A stretch of 63,951 nucleotides of DNA, filler included, from Octopus bimaculoides (GCF_001194135.2; 7 parts of 6 records of this genome joined end to end with filler, not necessarily neighbours in it); one strand, 5' to 3'. Positions 29,362 through 43,030 are shown, counted from the whole stretch's first letter. Notes: generated by a model not told the origin, from the letters alone. Translations and numbers: made by a program.

Positions 29362-30707
29362 GTAAGTCGTAAAACATTTTTTACATCCTCCTGTGTTATT
29401 CCTATGTTGCTTGATAATCCAAATCTTCAAGAGGCTGACTTTGTCATCTTTTGAGGGTCGATTAAATAAAGTACCAGTCAATTTTAGGGGTTCGATATAA
29501 TCCATTATACTTTATTACCCACTTAAAATGTGTGACCTTGTACCTCTGTAAGATATTGATTGTTGCACTATGTCCTTTTATGTTCCGAGTTCAGATTTCA
29601 TTGGGACCAACTTTGTCATCTTTTTGAGGTCAATATAATAAAGTACCAGTCAAGTACTGGGATCAATATTACAAAAAGCCAATCACTTATTAGTGTTGTT
29701 ATAATAAAGTACCAATCAATTTGACCCCAAAGCATTGTAGATGTGAATGAACTTATAATAAATGACAATGATTAACTTTGCTGCCGATCCCTCTGTGGCT
29801 GATGAAATAAAAATACCAGTAATGTATTGGGCTCAAATGCACTAACAACAACAACAACAACAACAACACTGTAAAATATTTATTGGTTTATGAATTGAAA
29901 TCCTCATAACCTTATAATCGTAAGCTGAATGCCCTAACCACTAAATCATGCACCTTCACATATGATACATATATAATACAAAGCCACATCGAAAACATAA
30001 ATCCAAAACTGGTAGAAAAATGGAAGAAGAGGATCGAGGAAAGAAAAAGGAAGAAAAGCAAAAAAGAAAAAAGGAAAAAAAAAAACCCACATCAATTCAA
30101 TACCAAATGCCTCAATTGGTGAAACACTACAAAGTTCAACGGAACCTATTAAAACAAGCTGACACGCTCACAGCATTACAACAGGTGATGGTGAGGGTAG
30201 GACATTGGAAAAGTCAAGCACCCTCAGGCATCACCTGACACTACAGTGAGACAAGCTTCCAACGATGACAAGAACCCTCCAAACGTCTCAAGGGCCACAA
30301 GCTGGAAGCAATGTTTGACTAATACTTAAAGATGAAGATTTTGTATGACAGAATCAGGGTCCGTTTCAAATAGGGTTTGATATTCGAATGAGATTAAAAA
30401 GAAACAACTATCTTCATAATCCTTTCGACTAAAATAATCCATCCTATTGTAGGCACAAGGCCTGAGATCGTGGGAGAGGTGGGATGGGCTAATCAATTAC
30501 ATCAACCCCAGTACGTAACTGGAACTTATTACATTGATCCCAAAAGGATGAAAGGACAAAATGCCACTAAGCATTTCACCTGGCATGCTAACGATTCCCC
30601 CAGCTGACTTAAGACCAATTTTCATAATCGTTAATATTTCGATATATTCAATGTTTTATTTATTTTATTTATTTACTTTCGTTTTTCTTTCTTTTTGTCT
30701 TATCAAG

Positions 30708-30766
30708 AACCTCGTATAAAAATTTTGCTAAAAGAAGACAAGAAAGAATGGTAATCAATGTACCGC
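30708..30766 (+). CDS. GCLC: GCLC-like exon: (I)TSYKNFAKRRQERMVINVP(L)
   Basis: Pyrimidine tract plus caag acceptor, gtaagt donor; 59 nt, phase 2-1. Matches TLTRNIRHRRGEKVVINVP. Confidence 0.88.
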
Positions 30767-31654
30767 GTAAGTATACTAAGCATAAAATATCTTTTCTAAT
30801 AAACAAAGTGGTAAGTAAAGACGGACCAACTGCTGCAAAGCATTTCGCCTGCTGTGCTGACGATTCTGGTCGCTTGCTGCCTTCAACTCAACTTTAATAT
30901 TGGCTTCAAGACACAGGTGTGGCTGTGTGGTAGACAGCTTGTTTCCGACCACAAGATTCTGGGACCATATAAGACAAAAATTAGAACTAGGGCCAATCCT
31001 TTTGACTAAAAATACTTCCAGGTGCCCGGTATGGTTACTGTCTAACGACTGAAACAAGTAAAAGATAGAAGATAAAAGATATATCACATAGGTGCATGTG
31101 TGATTGTGTTGTAAGAAGCCTGCTTCCCAACTACATGGTTCTGGGTTCATTCCCACTGCGTGGCACCTTGGGCAAGCATCTTCTACTATAGCCTCGGGCT
31201 NNNNNNNNNNNNNNNNNNNNNNNNNNNNNNNNNNNNNNNNNNNNNNNNNNNNNNNNNNNNNNNNNNNNNNNNNNNNNNNNNNNNNNNNNNNNNNNNNNNN
31301 AAGGCCATGTCCAAGGCACAGTGGTTGCGGAATCTGCAAAGTCGCAGCACGGTGGTGGCAGATAGCATTGTGGACGCTATATATATATACATATACATAT
31401 ACAGGTGAGCACATAAGTGTAAAACAAGGTAGACCAAATAGTACTCAAGTAACAAAGATAGAGCAATATGTGATACTTTTTGGGCTTTAATAAAAGTGTA
31501 TCTATTCAGTTATTCTTTTACGTGTTTCAGTCATTTGACTGCAGCCTTGCTTCAAGGGATTTTTTTGTATTCGTATTGCTCTTGCCGTTCGTGAATATCT
31601 GGTACCGTTGCAGACCACCAGCTTCCTTTTCAATGCGTCCACGATGCTATCTGC

Positions 31655-32240
31655 CACCACCGTGCTGCAACTTTGCAGATTCTGCACCCACTGTGCCTTG
31701 GACATGGCCTTCCTCTAGGTTGACTTGAATGAAGCGCTGTCAAGGGCCTTGTCGGTATCCACGCTGGCTACCTGGCTGAAGGTATGGGCTACACACTTCA
31801 AGTGCACTGGCAGGTTTAAGGCCAGGCTTCTGGACTCATCAAGGATGGCATCAATAGAGACGTACTCAACTTTGACCACATCCCCAGCCTCAGGATCCGC
31901 ATCCAGGTCCACATTCTTGATGCCCTCCACATCTGGATCGGCTTCAACCTCAGAAATATCTGGCAAGAGTTCAACTTCTGCACCAAACTGCATAAATTCC
32001 TTAACAAAGTTGTTGCCATTGTCTGTCATGGTCCTGGTCACCTTGTCTTGCAGATAGAACTTGTAATGGGTGTCTGCCATGGCCTGGGTGAGAACATCAA
32101 AGGTGTGATATCCTCTGAGCTGAGAGCATGCCAGGACAGCGTGTCGTTTCATGCAAGTCTTGGGGTCCAGCCAGTGTGCTCTCATCCCCACGTAGGACCT
32201 GTTGTGGGCCGACCAACAGTCTACGGTGGTTGCCACCTAG
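31655..32240 (-). mobile_element. hAT transposase remnant, catalytic core
   Basis: Reads TTVDCWSAHNRSYVGMRAHWL, HTFDVL, MTDNGNNFVK and HLKCVAHT, which are typical hAT D-W-S, TDNG and CxxH motifs. Confidence 0.85.
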
Positions 32241-33419
32241 GGGACATCCTTGAGCAGTCTGTAACTAAAAAAATATTAAATTGTAAAGAGACATAAATTG
32301 TAAAGTTAAAAGCTTAAAATTATATATATANNNNNNNNNNNNNNNNNNNNNNNNNNNNNNNNNNNNNNNNNNNNNNNNNNNNNNNNNNNNNNNNNNNNNN
32401 NNNNNATATATATATAATAATGTATAGCCAAGATGGCTAGCAGCAATTTAAAACTAACACGGAAATAATTCACCATCACTAAGAGTGACAAGGGCGCAGT
32501 GAACACCAGCATTGCTAGAAATAGGAGTCGTGTACTCCTTAGCCACCAAAGCATATAGTCTCTTTGTATTGACAGGGGAGAAAACCGTCCCCACTCTGAG
32601 TGAGATGCATTAGATTAGCATGGTAATTTCCTATAGGAAATTAATACTTATCAGTAATGCTCACTCCGTCACCGATGGTAGAGGTCAACTCACCCTGTCA
32701 ATATTATGGAGAATGCCATTGGAATCAGTGAGTGATTTCACAAGATGGCAATGTGAAAATCATAAAATAATTAAGGTGGCTAGTAGCAATGTAAAGCCAA
32801 CAAGGAAATAATTAACCGTTGCTATATATAAACTGACACAAAGTATGATGAAGGCCTACTAAAGAACATAAAACAAAAGTAGCCTCTCATTTGCATCTCC
32901 ATGCAAGCTGCAATGGCTTTAGTGATCACGTGGTTTGTACAATTTTTCACGGGAAGGAAGGAAGCAGGATATTTGATCGCAGTATCTTATGACCATATTT
33001 TGCTTATAGAAATCACACAGTCTGTAGTTGAACATTTGTGACTAGGCTGTTCTAAATTCATGGAAATATTGCTTATAATTTAAAGCCTTCTTACCAAACT
33101 TTTGAAAGTAGCGACACAAACGCATCGGAGGCGATGAATAACCGAGATGTGCGATGGAATGAGGGTCAGAATTTGATAGTTTCAAAACTTAAGGTTCATT
33201 TATTCGTTATTTCATTAAAGTTTGCTGTTTTGGATGTATACACCTAATCATGAGTAGAATATATATTAATATATATACTGTACATTATATATTATGACAT
33301 ATTTCAATTAACTATTATACATTTTATTACTTTAATTAAAAAAAATATTATTTAATAGATAATTAAATAACTAAATTGAATTAAGAAAATAAGAAGTATG
33401 CCATAATAATAATTTAAAT

Positions 33420-34050
33420 AATCTTGTATAATTTTAATTTATAAATGCCTTGTAAAATGCTCCTCCAGCTGTTTATGTCCAGCCAAGATCATCCTGTGCA
33501 GGGTGTGGTAGGACATTGATGTCTTGTTGGGGTTCAGCGTCTTGATCAAGCCAACAAAGGTGGGGAACTCCACTACATGCAGTGGTAGCATGTTGTCGAC
33601 AAACAGGTCTACAATCTTTCTGTCCAACATAGATTGATGGACACCAATGTCAGCAGTTTGGTCAAAGCCTTGCCAATGCTAGGCGGGCATGCTTTCTTTG
33701 CACATGGCTGCAACGGCTGGTTACTGGCACTGCTACCAGAAGATTGTCTGTGTTTCCCACGGGAAGAGCTGGATCCTCTCCTCAAAGTGGATGGCATGTG
33801 CTAGGTGTTTCCTCTTGACATGCAACTGCAAGTTGTAGAGGCTTGCCACGTGTCCTTTCATGCTGGTCTACTTGGACTCGCACATGACGCACCGCGAGTA
33901 CAAGATTTTGTCATCTCTTTTATTCCTTTAAGTAAGGACAAAGTAGTCCTCCATGTGGGGTCACGGGTTCTGAGAACTCTGGTTCTCAACCTGAGTAACC
34001 TCTGCCTCACCTACAGCTGTTGCAGACTCATCAACAGGCTCTTCATCCTC
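33420..34050 (-). mobile_element. hAT transposase remnant, N-terminal part
   Basis: Reads IVDLFVDNMLPLHVVEFPTFVGLIKTLNP. Same strand as, and upstream of, the 31655-32240 core. Confidence 0.7.
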
Positions 34051-34122
34051 AGGCTGAACAAAAATGTCTTATATACATGCATGTATATATACATATATAT
34101 ATATATTCATAAATATATATGC

Positions 34123-34236
<114 letters not shown>

Positions 34237-35452
34237 TTATCTTAGTTTAATGTCCGCTTTCCATGCTAGTATGGGTTGGACGATTTGACTGAGGACTGGT
34301 GAACCAGATGGCTACACCAGACTCCAATCTGATCTGGCAGAGTTTCTACAGCTGGATGCCCTTCCTAATGCCAACCACTCCAAGAGTGTAGTGGGTGCCT
34401 TTACGTGCCACCAGCACGAGGGCCAGTTTGGCGGTACTCGCAATGGCCACGCTCAAATGGTGCTTTTACGTGCCACCTTAACAGGAGTCAGTCCAGCGGC
34501 ATTGGCAATGACCTCGCTTGAATGTTTTGTTCACATTCCACTGGCACAAGTGCCAATAAGGCGATGCTGGTAACGATCACATTCAAATGGTGCTTTTTAC
34601 GTGCATAAGGATCGTCGGATTTACCTGCTATACATGAAGATTTATCTGGGATTTGTATTCTACATATATTCGCTGTTATCTACTTGTTGGAAATTTAAAC
34701 TTATTCCTTTTTACTGAGTGTTTACTTGATATCTGCCAGGATTTTTTAATCCCATTTTATCTTATTTATACATATTCTCGGAGTTGATGGACATAGAGCG
34801 GTACGTTAGCCGACTCAAAAAATCTCTAGTGAGACTTTTTACTGATGTACATGAAGAGACCCAGAACGGGTTGAAACATGTGTTGTACCCAATAAATTCT
34901 ATTATACATTCCATCTCCTATTATATCAATACTGTTACCCCAACCACCACTATGAAGTTCCTGCAGTAAATCTACGGATAACAACAGGGAGTCGAAACTG
35001 TGCTGGTGCTTTACTCATCTTCCGTTTATACATTGTTTACAATTTCTCCATTATACATATGTGTATATATATATATATATATATAGTTTATTTGTAGATC
35101 ATCAATGCTTATATGATTTGGCTGAGTGTACTCTGTTGAGCTTCTTAATATAAAAGCAGTTGTAGACATATGTCATGTGATTAGGACGTCATTCAAATAT
35201 TTTGTGATATAAATTGGAATTTTTTTATAAGTTGGAATTACTTATTGACTTCTGACGTCATAACCTTGTCAATGACTGTTTTAAGAAAAGCCTAACTTAT
35301 GTTGAACTAATGAAGACTTATTCTGGTCGTGAACTTTGATATATTCCATCCCTTACAAATGCTAGTCTTCATTATATGTCAAAAAAAAAGATAAAACTCA
35401 CATTTTCAATCATTGTCCATGAAAAGGATGGTAATCCGTTTCCATGCTTGAT

Positions 35453-36496
35453 GAGTAGCTGTGTGGTAAGTAGCTTGCTTACCAACCACATGGTTCCGGG
35501 TTCATTCCCACTGCATGGCACCTTGGGCAAGTGTCTTCTACTAGAGCCTCAGGCCGACCAAAGCTTTGTGCGTGGATTTGGTAGATGGAAACTGAAAGAA
35601 GCCCANNNNNNNNNNNNNNNNNNNNNNNNNNNNNNNNNNNNNNNNNNNNNNNNNNNNNNNNNNNNNNNNNNNNNNNNNNNNNNNNNNNNNNNNNNNNNNN
35701 NNNNNNNNNNNNNNNNNNNNNNNNNNNNNNNNNNNNNNNNNNNNNNNNNNNNNNNNNNNNNNNNNNNNNNNNNNNNNNNNNNNNNNNNNNNNNNNNNNNN
35801 NNNNNNNNNNNNNNNNNNNNNNNNNNNNNNNNNNNNNNNNNNNNNNNNNNNNNNNNNNNNNNNNNNNNNNNNNNNNNNNNNNNNNNNNNNNNNNNNNNNN
35901 NNNNNNNNNNNNNNNNNNNNNNNNNNNNNNNNNNNNNNNNNNNNNNNNNNNNNNNNNNNNNNNNNNNNNNNNNNNNNNNNNNNNNNNNNNNNNNNNNNNN
36001 NNNNNNNNNNNNNNNNNNNNNNNNNNNNNNNNNNNNNNNNNNNNNNNNNNNNNNNNNNNNNNNNNNNNNNNNNNNNNNNNNNNNNNNNNNNNNNNNNNNN
36101 NNNNNNNNNNNNNNNNNNNNNNNNNNNNNNNNNNNNNNNNNNNNNNNNNNNNNNNNNNNNNNNNNNNNNNNNNNNNNNNNNNNNNNNNNNNNNNNNNNNN
36201 NNNNNNNNNNNNNNNNNNNNNNNNNNNNNNNNNNNNNNNNNNNNNNNNNNNNNNNNNNNNNNNNNNNNNNNNNNNNNNNNNNNNNNNNNNNNNNNNNNNN
36301 NNNNNNNNNNNNNNNNNNNNNNNNNNNNNNNNNNNNNNNNNNNNNNNNNNNNNNNNNNNNNNNNNNNNNNNNNNNNNNNNNNNNNNNNNNNNNNNNNNNN
36401 NNNNNNNNNNNNNNNNNNNNNNNNNNNNNNNNNNNNNNNNNNNNNNNNNNNNNNNNNNNNNNNNNNNNNNNNNNNNNNNNNNNNNNNNNNNNNNNN

Positions 36497-36533
<37 letters not shown>

Positions 36534-36775
36534 TATATGCATGTATGTATGTATGTGTGTGTATGTTTGTGTCTGTGTTTGTCCCCCCAACATTGCTTGA
36601 CAACCGATGCTGGTGTGTTTACGTCCCCGTAACTTAGAGGTCTGGCGAAAGAGACCGATAGAATAAGTACTAGGTTTCCAAAGAATAAATCCTGGGGTCG
36701 ATTTGCTTGACCAAAGGCGGTGCTCCAGCATGGCTGCAGTCAAATGATTGAAACAAGTAGAAAAAGAAAAAAAAA
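35453..36775 (+). mobile_element. SINE family A copy with an assembly gap in its central microsatellite
   Basis: Head at 35453-35604, tail at 36560-36775. Confidence 0.8.
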
Positions 36776-37047
36776 GATAATACGAGGTTTTAAATATTGT
36801 TTTGTAGTAGAGAATGAAGTAAAGGATACACAGATAAGGGAAGGTAACTTATGTAGAAACTTGTAATTTCCTGTGGATTATCCTTTCTTTGTTTGTAAGT
36901 ATTTGTCAAAACACCTGAGTGTTTTTCATCCAGTACTGTTCAATTGTATTTGGTTTTTACTGATTATGAAGCAATTTCAGCCTGATTTTTACTGATTAAT
37001 AACCTAATTTGAGCCTAGTTTTCATGATTATAAAATTCTTGTTTCAG

Positions 37048-37265
37048 TTTATAAAGACAAAAATACCGTGATGCCATACGGAGAGGATTTGTCTGAGTAT
37101 GAAGACAACGAAGAGATGATGAAAGCATTGAAACCAGGCCACATTTACATGGATACTAAATTATTTGGAGTTTGTTGCTGTGTTATACAAGTTACATTTC
37201 AAGCTGCTGGTGTGAAAGAAGCTGCTTATCTCTTTGACAATTTTGTGCCTCTTACTCCAATTATG
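37048..37265 (+). CDS. GCLC: GCLC-like exon: YKDKNTVMPYGEDLSEYEDNEEMMKALKPGHIYMDTKLFGVCCCVIQVTFQAAGVKEAAYLFDNFVPLTPIM
   Basis: Flanked by gtttcag and gtaagc; 218 nt, phase 1-0. Contains KDKNT, KPxHIYMD and QVTFQA GCLC signatures. Confidence 0.93.
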
Positions 37266-37788
37266 GTAAGCATTGCTTCATTTATTCGTTTGTTAATATA
37301 GAGAGGTGGGCAAAAGTAGGTATGCAGTTGATTAATATGAGTGGAATGTTCTCTTCATATATCAATTTCTTTTTTAGAATGAGCAATGTCGACTAAGGGA
37401 TCTTCAGAAGATACCTAGTTTATTGCAAGTTCTCTTTTTCTTTCTGGGAATGTTGAGTGAATGTTTGAACCACAAGCATTTAATTTGTTACGTATTCTGT
37501 AAACTACTGATCTTGACAGAGCTGGTCTTTGAGATACTTCAGTCCATTTCTGTCCAACCATTTCTGCATTCTCCATTTTCCACTACCACTTGATGACCCT
37601 CTTTCATTCAATGTTAGTCAAATTTCCAGCCATAAAGTAAATATCTGAAATTTGGAATAATTATTTTTATTACAGAAAGAATTAGTTAAAAAGAACATAG
37701 AATAAAAAAACTCTTATCCTAAAAAGGAAATTGAGATACGTAAAGAACATTTAAGTTATATTAAACATCTGTATACCTACTTTAATGG

Positions 37789-38035
37789 AGGCATGTGGGT
37801 TAATGGTTAGGGTGTTGGACTCATGATTGTAAGATTGTGGTTTCGTTTCCTGGACCAGGCGGTGCATTGTATTCTTGAGCAAAACACTTCATTTCACTTT
37901 ACTGCAGTCCACTCAGCTGGCAAAAATAAGCAACGCTGCAATGGACTGATGTCCCGTCCAGATGGGGAATATTTATGTCATGGAAACCGTGAAACCAGCC
38001 CTAGGAGTCTATAAGACTCGGAAAGGAACTTTACT
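37789..38035 (+). mobile_element. tRNA-derived SINE, family C
   Basis: gaggcatgtgggttaatggttagggtgttggactc head. Reverse copies near 26330-26470, 28320-28450 and 38940-39100. Confidence 0.7.
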
Positions 38036-39124
38036 TATTCCTACTTTTACCCACCTCTGTATTACCAATGGATCTTAGACTTTCAACATAAACTACATTG
38101 TTAGCAGATATTATACAATCAACACACAAACCAGTTTTAACATCTGGTAAACAGTAAAGACCCTCATCGGTTATGAATGAGCATGGGATGGCACCTAGAA
38201 AGTTACCCTCTGACGCACAAGTCTGGGTCAAGTTATTTATGGAAGACTAGCAGTCACCTCTGCACACCAGCCTCCTCTCTCTACATCACTAATGTTATCC
38301 AAAGGAAAGGCAAAGGCTTGGCACCAGTGACGTCACAACTCACTTCTACTGCTTAGAGAATTGAAGCAATGTGAAATAAAGTGTCTTGCTCAAGAACACA
38401 ACACACAGCCCAGTCTGGGAATCAAATTCATGATTGTGAACCCGACGCACTGACCACACAGTGACAATATGTATTACATTGGTCAAGGTAGCAAGCTGGC
38501 AGAATCGTTAGCATATCGGGCAAAATGCTTAGCAGCATTTCGTCTGTTCGTTCATCCTTACGTATTGAGCACTAATTCTGTTGAGGTCGATTTGCCTATC
38601 ATCATTTTGGGGTTTATAAAATAAGTACCAGTTAAAAACTTGGGTTGGTGTAATCAACTTATTCGCCCCCCCCCCATTCAAACCTGCTGGCATTGTACCA
38701 ATATTTGAAAGCAATATATATTACATTGGTAATGTTTAAAGTCAATATAGAATCCATTGTCAATAAACTGGTACTCTGTTTGTTATGGAAGACAATGAGG
38801 GTTCCAGCTGGTCTGAAAAAGGAATGCCCTGCTTGTGAAATTAACTTGCAAGTTGCTGAGGATTCCACAGACATGCGTACCCTGAATATAGCTTTCAGAG
38901 AGATTCTAAGTAAATCAGAATACAAGAAGGCTAGTCCTTTGAAATACAGGCACTACTCACTTTTGCCAGCCTAGTGGACTGGAGTAACATGAAATAAAGT
39001 GTCTTACTCAAGAACGCAGCATGCTGCTGGGAATTGAACTCACAACCTTACAATCATGAGCCAAATAGCCTCACCACTAAGCCACAGGCCTTCACACATT
39101 GTCAATATAAACTAAGCATTATTC

Positions 39125-39452
39125 TATTGGGTTGTCCGGAAAGTTTGTGCCGATTTATAGTAGCTTACCTTTCGACTTATTTTAGATCATGGTTGAGTCC
39201 ATAAAATAGGATTTGACTACACCTGCATTTAGAGCACAGTTTAAGCTATCTTTTCGTGGAAGAGGGTTTATGTTCCTATAATCTGTGTTAATTCTGTAAC
39301 CCTTTAAAATGGAAGATAAGAAAGTTCATTTTCGGCACTTGATGCTTTTCTTTTTCCGTAAAGGGAAAAATGCCTCACAAGCAACCAAAGAAATATGCGC
39401 AATTTGCGGTGATGTTTCTTTATCCGAAAGAACAATACAGAAGTGGTTAACA
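39125..39452 (+). mobile_element. Mariner 5' end (TIR plus N-terminal HTH fragment)
   Basis: TIR-like tattgggttgtccggaaag, then ATG at 39309: MEDKKVHFRHLMLFFFRKGKNASQATKEICAICGDVSLSERTIQKW. Confidence 0.8.
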
Positions 39453-39671
39453 TGTATTAAGCTATCCATATAGACTATACTGTCACTATAAGCTACACTA
39501 TCAATACACACACAGAAGTGTGTGTGTATATGTATCTATGTATGTATATATCTCTACGAGGGTATTTTGTTTTTGTGTTTGTCCTGATCATTACTTGACA
39601 ACCAGTGTTGGTTTGCTTACATCCCTGTTACTTATCGAGGAATTTTATATACTGGATTTTAAAAAATATGC

Positions 39672-40082
39672 GTGAGAAGACCCGGCAAGCCAAGTAAGAT
39701 CGTTGCCAGTGCCCCTGGACTGGTTCTTGTGCGGGTGGCACATGAGATGCACCATTTTGAGCGTGGCCGTTGCCAGTACCGCCTGACTGGCTCCTGTAGG
39801 ATTTTCGAGCGAGATCGTTGCCAGTGCCCCTGGACTGGCTTGTGCGGGTGGCACATAAAAGACACCATTTCGAGCGTGGCCGTTTTCGTGCGGGTGACAC
39901 GTAAAAGCACCCACTACACTCTCTGAGTGGTTGGCGTTAGGAAGGGCATCCAGCTGTAGAAACTCTGCCAAATCAGACTGGAGCCTGGTGTTGCCATCCG
40001 GTTTCACCAGTCCTCAGTCAAATCGTCCAACCCATGCTAGCATGGAAAGCGGACGTTAAACGATGATGATGATGATGATGAT
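39672..40082 (-). mobile_element. Dispersed repeat family D with internal ttgccagtgcccctggactgg repeats
   Basis: Reverse complement of the element at 34236-34605; bounded by (GAT)n. Confidence 0.7.
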
Positions 40083-40263
40083 GTACTGGGGTCAATTAAA
40101 ACGACCTTCAAAGCAGTCCTGCAGCATGGCTGCAGTCCAGTGACTGAAACAAGTTTTTAAAAAATATTAAATGTTAATTTAATCTAAATCTTTGTGTGTA
40201 AAAGGTAAGGATCAAGGAAGGAGTTTTATCTTATTACATATTAATCTTTTTTTTTTTTTGCAG

Positions 40264-40380
40264 GCGGCACTGACAGCTGGATCACCTATTTATCGAGGAC
40301 TTTTATCTGAATTTGATTCTGCTTGGAGACCCTTGTCTTGGTCTTGTGATGATCGTACCAGACAAGAACGTGGATTAGAA
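40264..40380 (+). CDS. GCLC: GCLC-like exon: [39 protein letters not shown]
   Basis: Poly-T plus gcag acceptor, gtgagt donor; 117 nt, phase 0-0. Contains SPxYRG and DDRTRxERGLE signatures. Confidence 0.93.
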
Positions 40381-41068
40381 GTGAGTTCCACTATATTTAT
40401 CTCACCCTGTAAAAGAATTTCTGAAGGAAATGCTCAAAAATTCCTCCCTAATTTCAATGTAAAAATCATTCTTAAAGTTAATATTTTAAAACATTTAAAC
40501 AATGGAGATGAAAAGCTAGGTAAAAATATGTCAGGTGATGCCAATAAAGACAAAAATAAGATATTGTGTCACCCTACACAAGTTGTTTAATACCTCTATT
40601 ATATTCCAGGAGAAATTCCCTTCATCAAATGTAAAATAGAGCAAACCAGAATGGCCTGTCAATTAAAGCAGTTTTTCTCTGAACTCTTGGATTATTTTCT
40701 ATCTTATATTTGATAAGGAGAATCTTTCTCACAATATATTAGATGTGTTAAACAAACGATTCAAGATGGTATAATATCTCGCTTTTGTCTTTATTGTAAA
40801 AGTAAAGTTCCTTCCCGAGTCATAGATTCACAAGGCCAGCTTCTGATTTCCATAGCATAAATATTCCCCACCTGAATGGGATGCCAGACCATCACAGAAT
40901 TACTCATTTTTGCCAGTTGAGTGGATTGGAGAAATGCGAAATGAAGTGTTTCTTCCGCCTGATGAGTAGCTAGTTGAATACCCCTGGTTAAGTAATTATT
41001 ACATCAGAGGATCTGCTAGCTAGGAAGCATATGCAGCCTGAATTTTACTTGCTCCACTCTCTCAATTT

Positions 41069-41112
<44 letters not shown>

Positions 41113-41189
41113 ACCTCCTAAACGAAACATTTGATGATGATAAAAGAGGAGTTACAGACTTGCAATATAGAAGATAACTGGGAGTTCCT

Positions 41190-41860
41190 ATGAGACAACT
41201 TACTGAGGGCCACACACAAAATTTGTGGGTGGTGCAAAGTCCCAATCAGATCTGGGGTGACATGGTGGTGGAACAATGCAGTTGACAGGGCCATTAGAGC
41301 AAAGAAACAGGCTTTGCGGGACTGGAAGGGTCATAGCAGAAAGGAGCTATATTAAGCAGCCAGTGGGGAAGCCAGGAAGCAAGTATGATTAGCCAGAGGT
41401 GAAGCAAAAAGGAAAAAATATGCCAATGTTCTGCAGCATGAGGATCAGTTGCAAGACAGTGTGCCAGGGAAAATTGTGACGTTGTGGGAGAGAAGTGTGT
41501 TCGCGTTGATGATGGTTCACTTGCGGTTAGTGAGTCTGCAAAGAAAGAAGCTTGGAAGTACCATTACAAAAGGCTACTAAATGTAGAGAAATCACAGGAG
41601 AATGAGAGTCTGTCTGAGTCAAGAGAGGGACCAGCAATCCGAATAGACAGTAGCATGGTAGACAAAGTTATGAAGGCTATGAAGATGGGAAAAGCCTCTG
41701 GCCCATCTGGATCACCGTTGAGATGCTTAAAATATCTGGCAGTGTGGGTTTTGTTGACATTGTGAAAGCATTTGTCAGGGTTCCCTGATCTCGTATCTGG
41801 TGGGTAATGCAGAAGCTAGGGATAGACAAGTGGTTGGTGAGAGCTGTACAAGCCATGTAC
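41190..41860 (+). mobile_element. RTE-like LINE internal fragment
   Basis: Reads KEAWKYHYKRLLN and VMKAMKMGKASGPSG, from the region preceding the RT domain; frameshifted. Confidence 0.75.
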
Positions 41861-42782
41861 AGGGGGAAAAAAACCTCAGAAAATTCATAAATTTTACCAC
41901 TGCAGAGTATAAATAACTGAAGAGACTTAGAGTGTTGGCATTTCATTTATTTTATGATTTCCAATTGTTTCAGCAACATGATTGTAAGCAATCAAATAAC
42001 TTATCAATAGACATGGATGATATGGACAATTTAGTCATACATCCAATCAAGTAGGCAAGATTTTGCATTGGGTCCATTGGAAATGCAGTATGCAAATGTG
42101 CCATCCCAACACTAGATAATGCATAGCACAATGTCGGTGCTAAATTGTAAGAAGTCGAGAAAGAAGAATCATGTTAATTGTTTTTAAGGAAAGGTAAAAG
42201 GAAACAGAAAATACTTCTTCAGTTGCATTTGTCTGGCAATTCAATGATTGGAATATAAATTAGTCAATTTCCTGGTCGGTGATACAAACTTTATGTTCTG
42301 CTGAAGCAATCCACATCTGCACAGCAGGTCGGGTTTAATAAGCAAACACAAATAACTGCTTGTAAGATGTAACCCATAAATTCAGGAAAACCTAGACCAT
42401 CTCATCTTTTTAGGGGGGGGGGGGAATGTATTGTCTCAAATATCTTTTCCTTATTTAAGATGGTAGAAATCCATTTTAGGAAGATTATTTTGCTATTTCA
42501 AGCAGATCTATTGATCTAATAAAGTTTCTGTCGTTAGTACATTGTACTGGTGTTGACCGGTGAAGTCTCAGATGTGAAACTTGGCATGCTAGAAATAACA
42601 GGCAAATTTCCATCAAAGCAAGACTTATTGTTCTATAGAAGGAAGGTATACAGCACATATGCTAGGACACAACAACCTCCTAAGCAGACCGAGTGTAGAT
42701 ATGAATAGCATATGGGAACTGGTATTAAGGAAGGATAGGAAAATATTAGATTTATAAATCCTAACAATTCACTCCATAATTG

Positions 42783-42858
42783 CCCACGGGCATATAGCGT
42801 AGTGGTTAAGAGTGCAGGCTACTAACCTCAAGATTCTGAGTTCGATTCCAGGCAGTGA

Positions 42859-42897
<39 letters not shown>

Positions 42898-43030
42898 CAT
42901 CGAAAAATACTTTAGGAATGAGACACCAGGTTTGAAATTTTCCCAAGATGCCTGATGAAGGTTGGAGGGTATATCAGCCGAAACGTTGTGTTAAGATGAG
43001 GACAAATATCCATCAAATGTAAATAAGGAA
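42783..43030 (+). mobile_element. tRNA-headed SINE-like element with a hammerhead-like motif in its 3' part
   Basis: A-box tagcgtagtgg and B-box gagttcgattcc, then (AAT)n, then CTGATGA..GAAACGTT at 42952-42987. Confidence 0.65.

Noticed and set aside
42783-42860. tRNA genes at SINE heads
   Set aside because: A and B boxes only; no complete cloverleaf, and each continues into repeat body.
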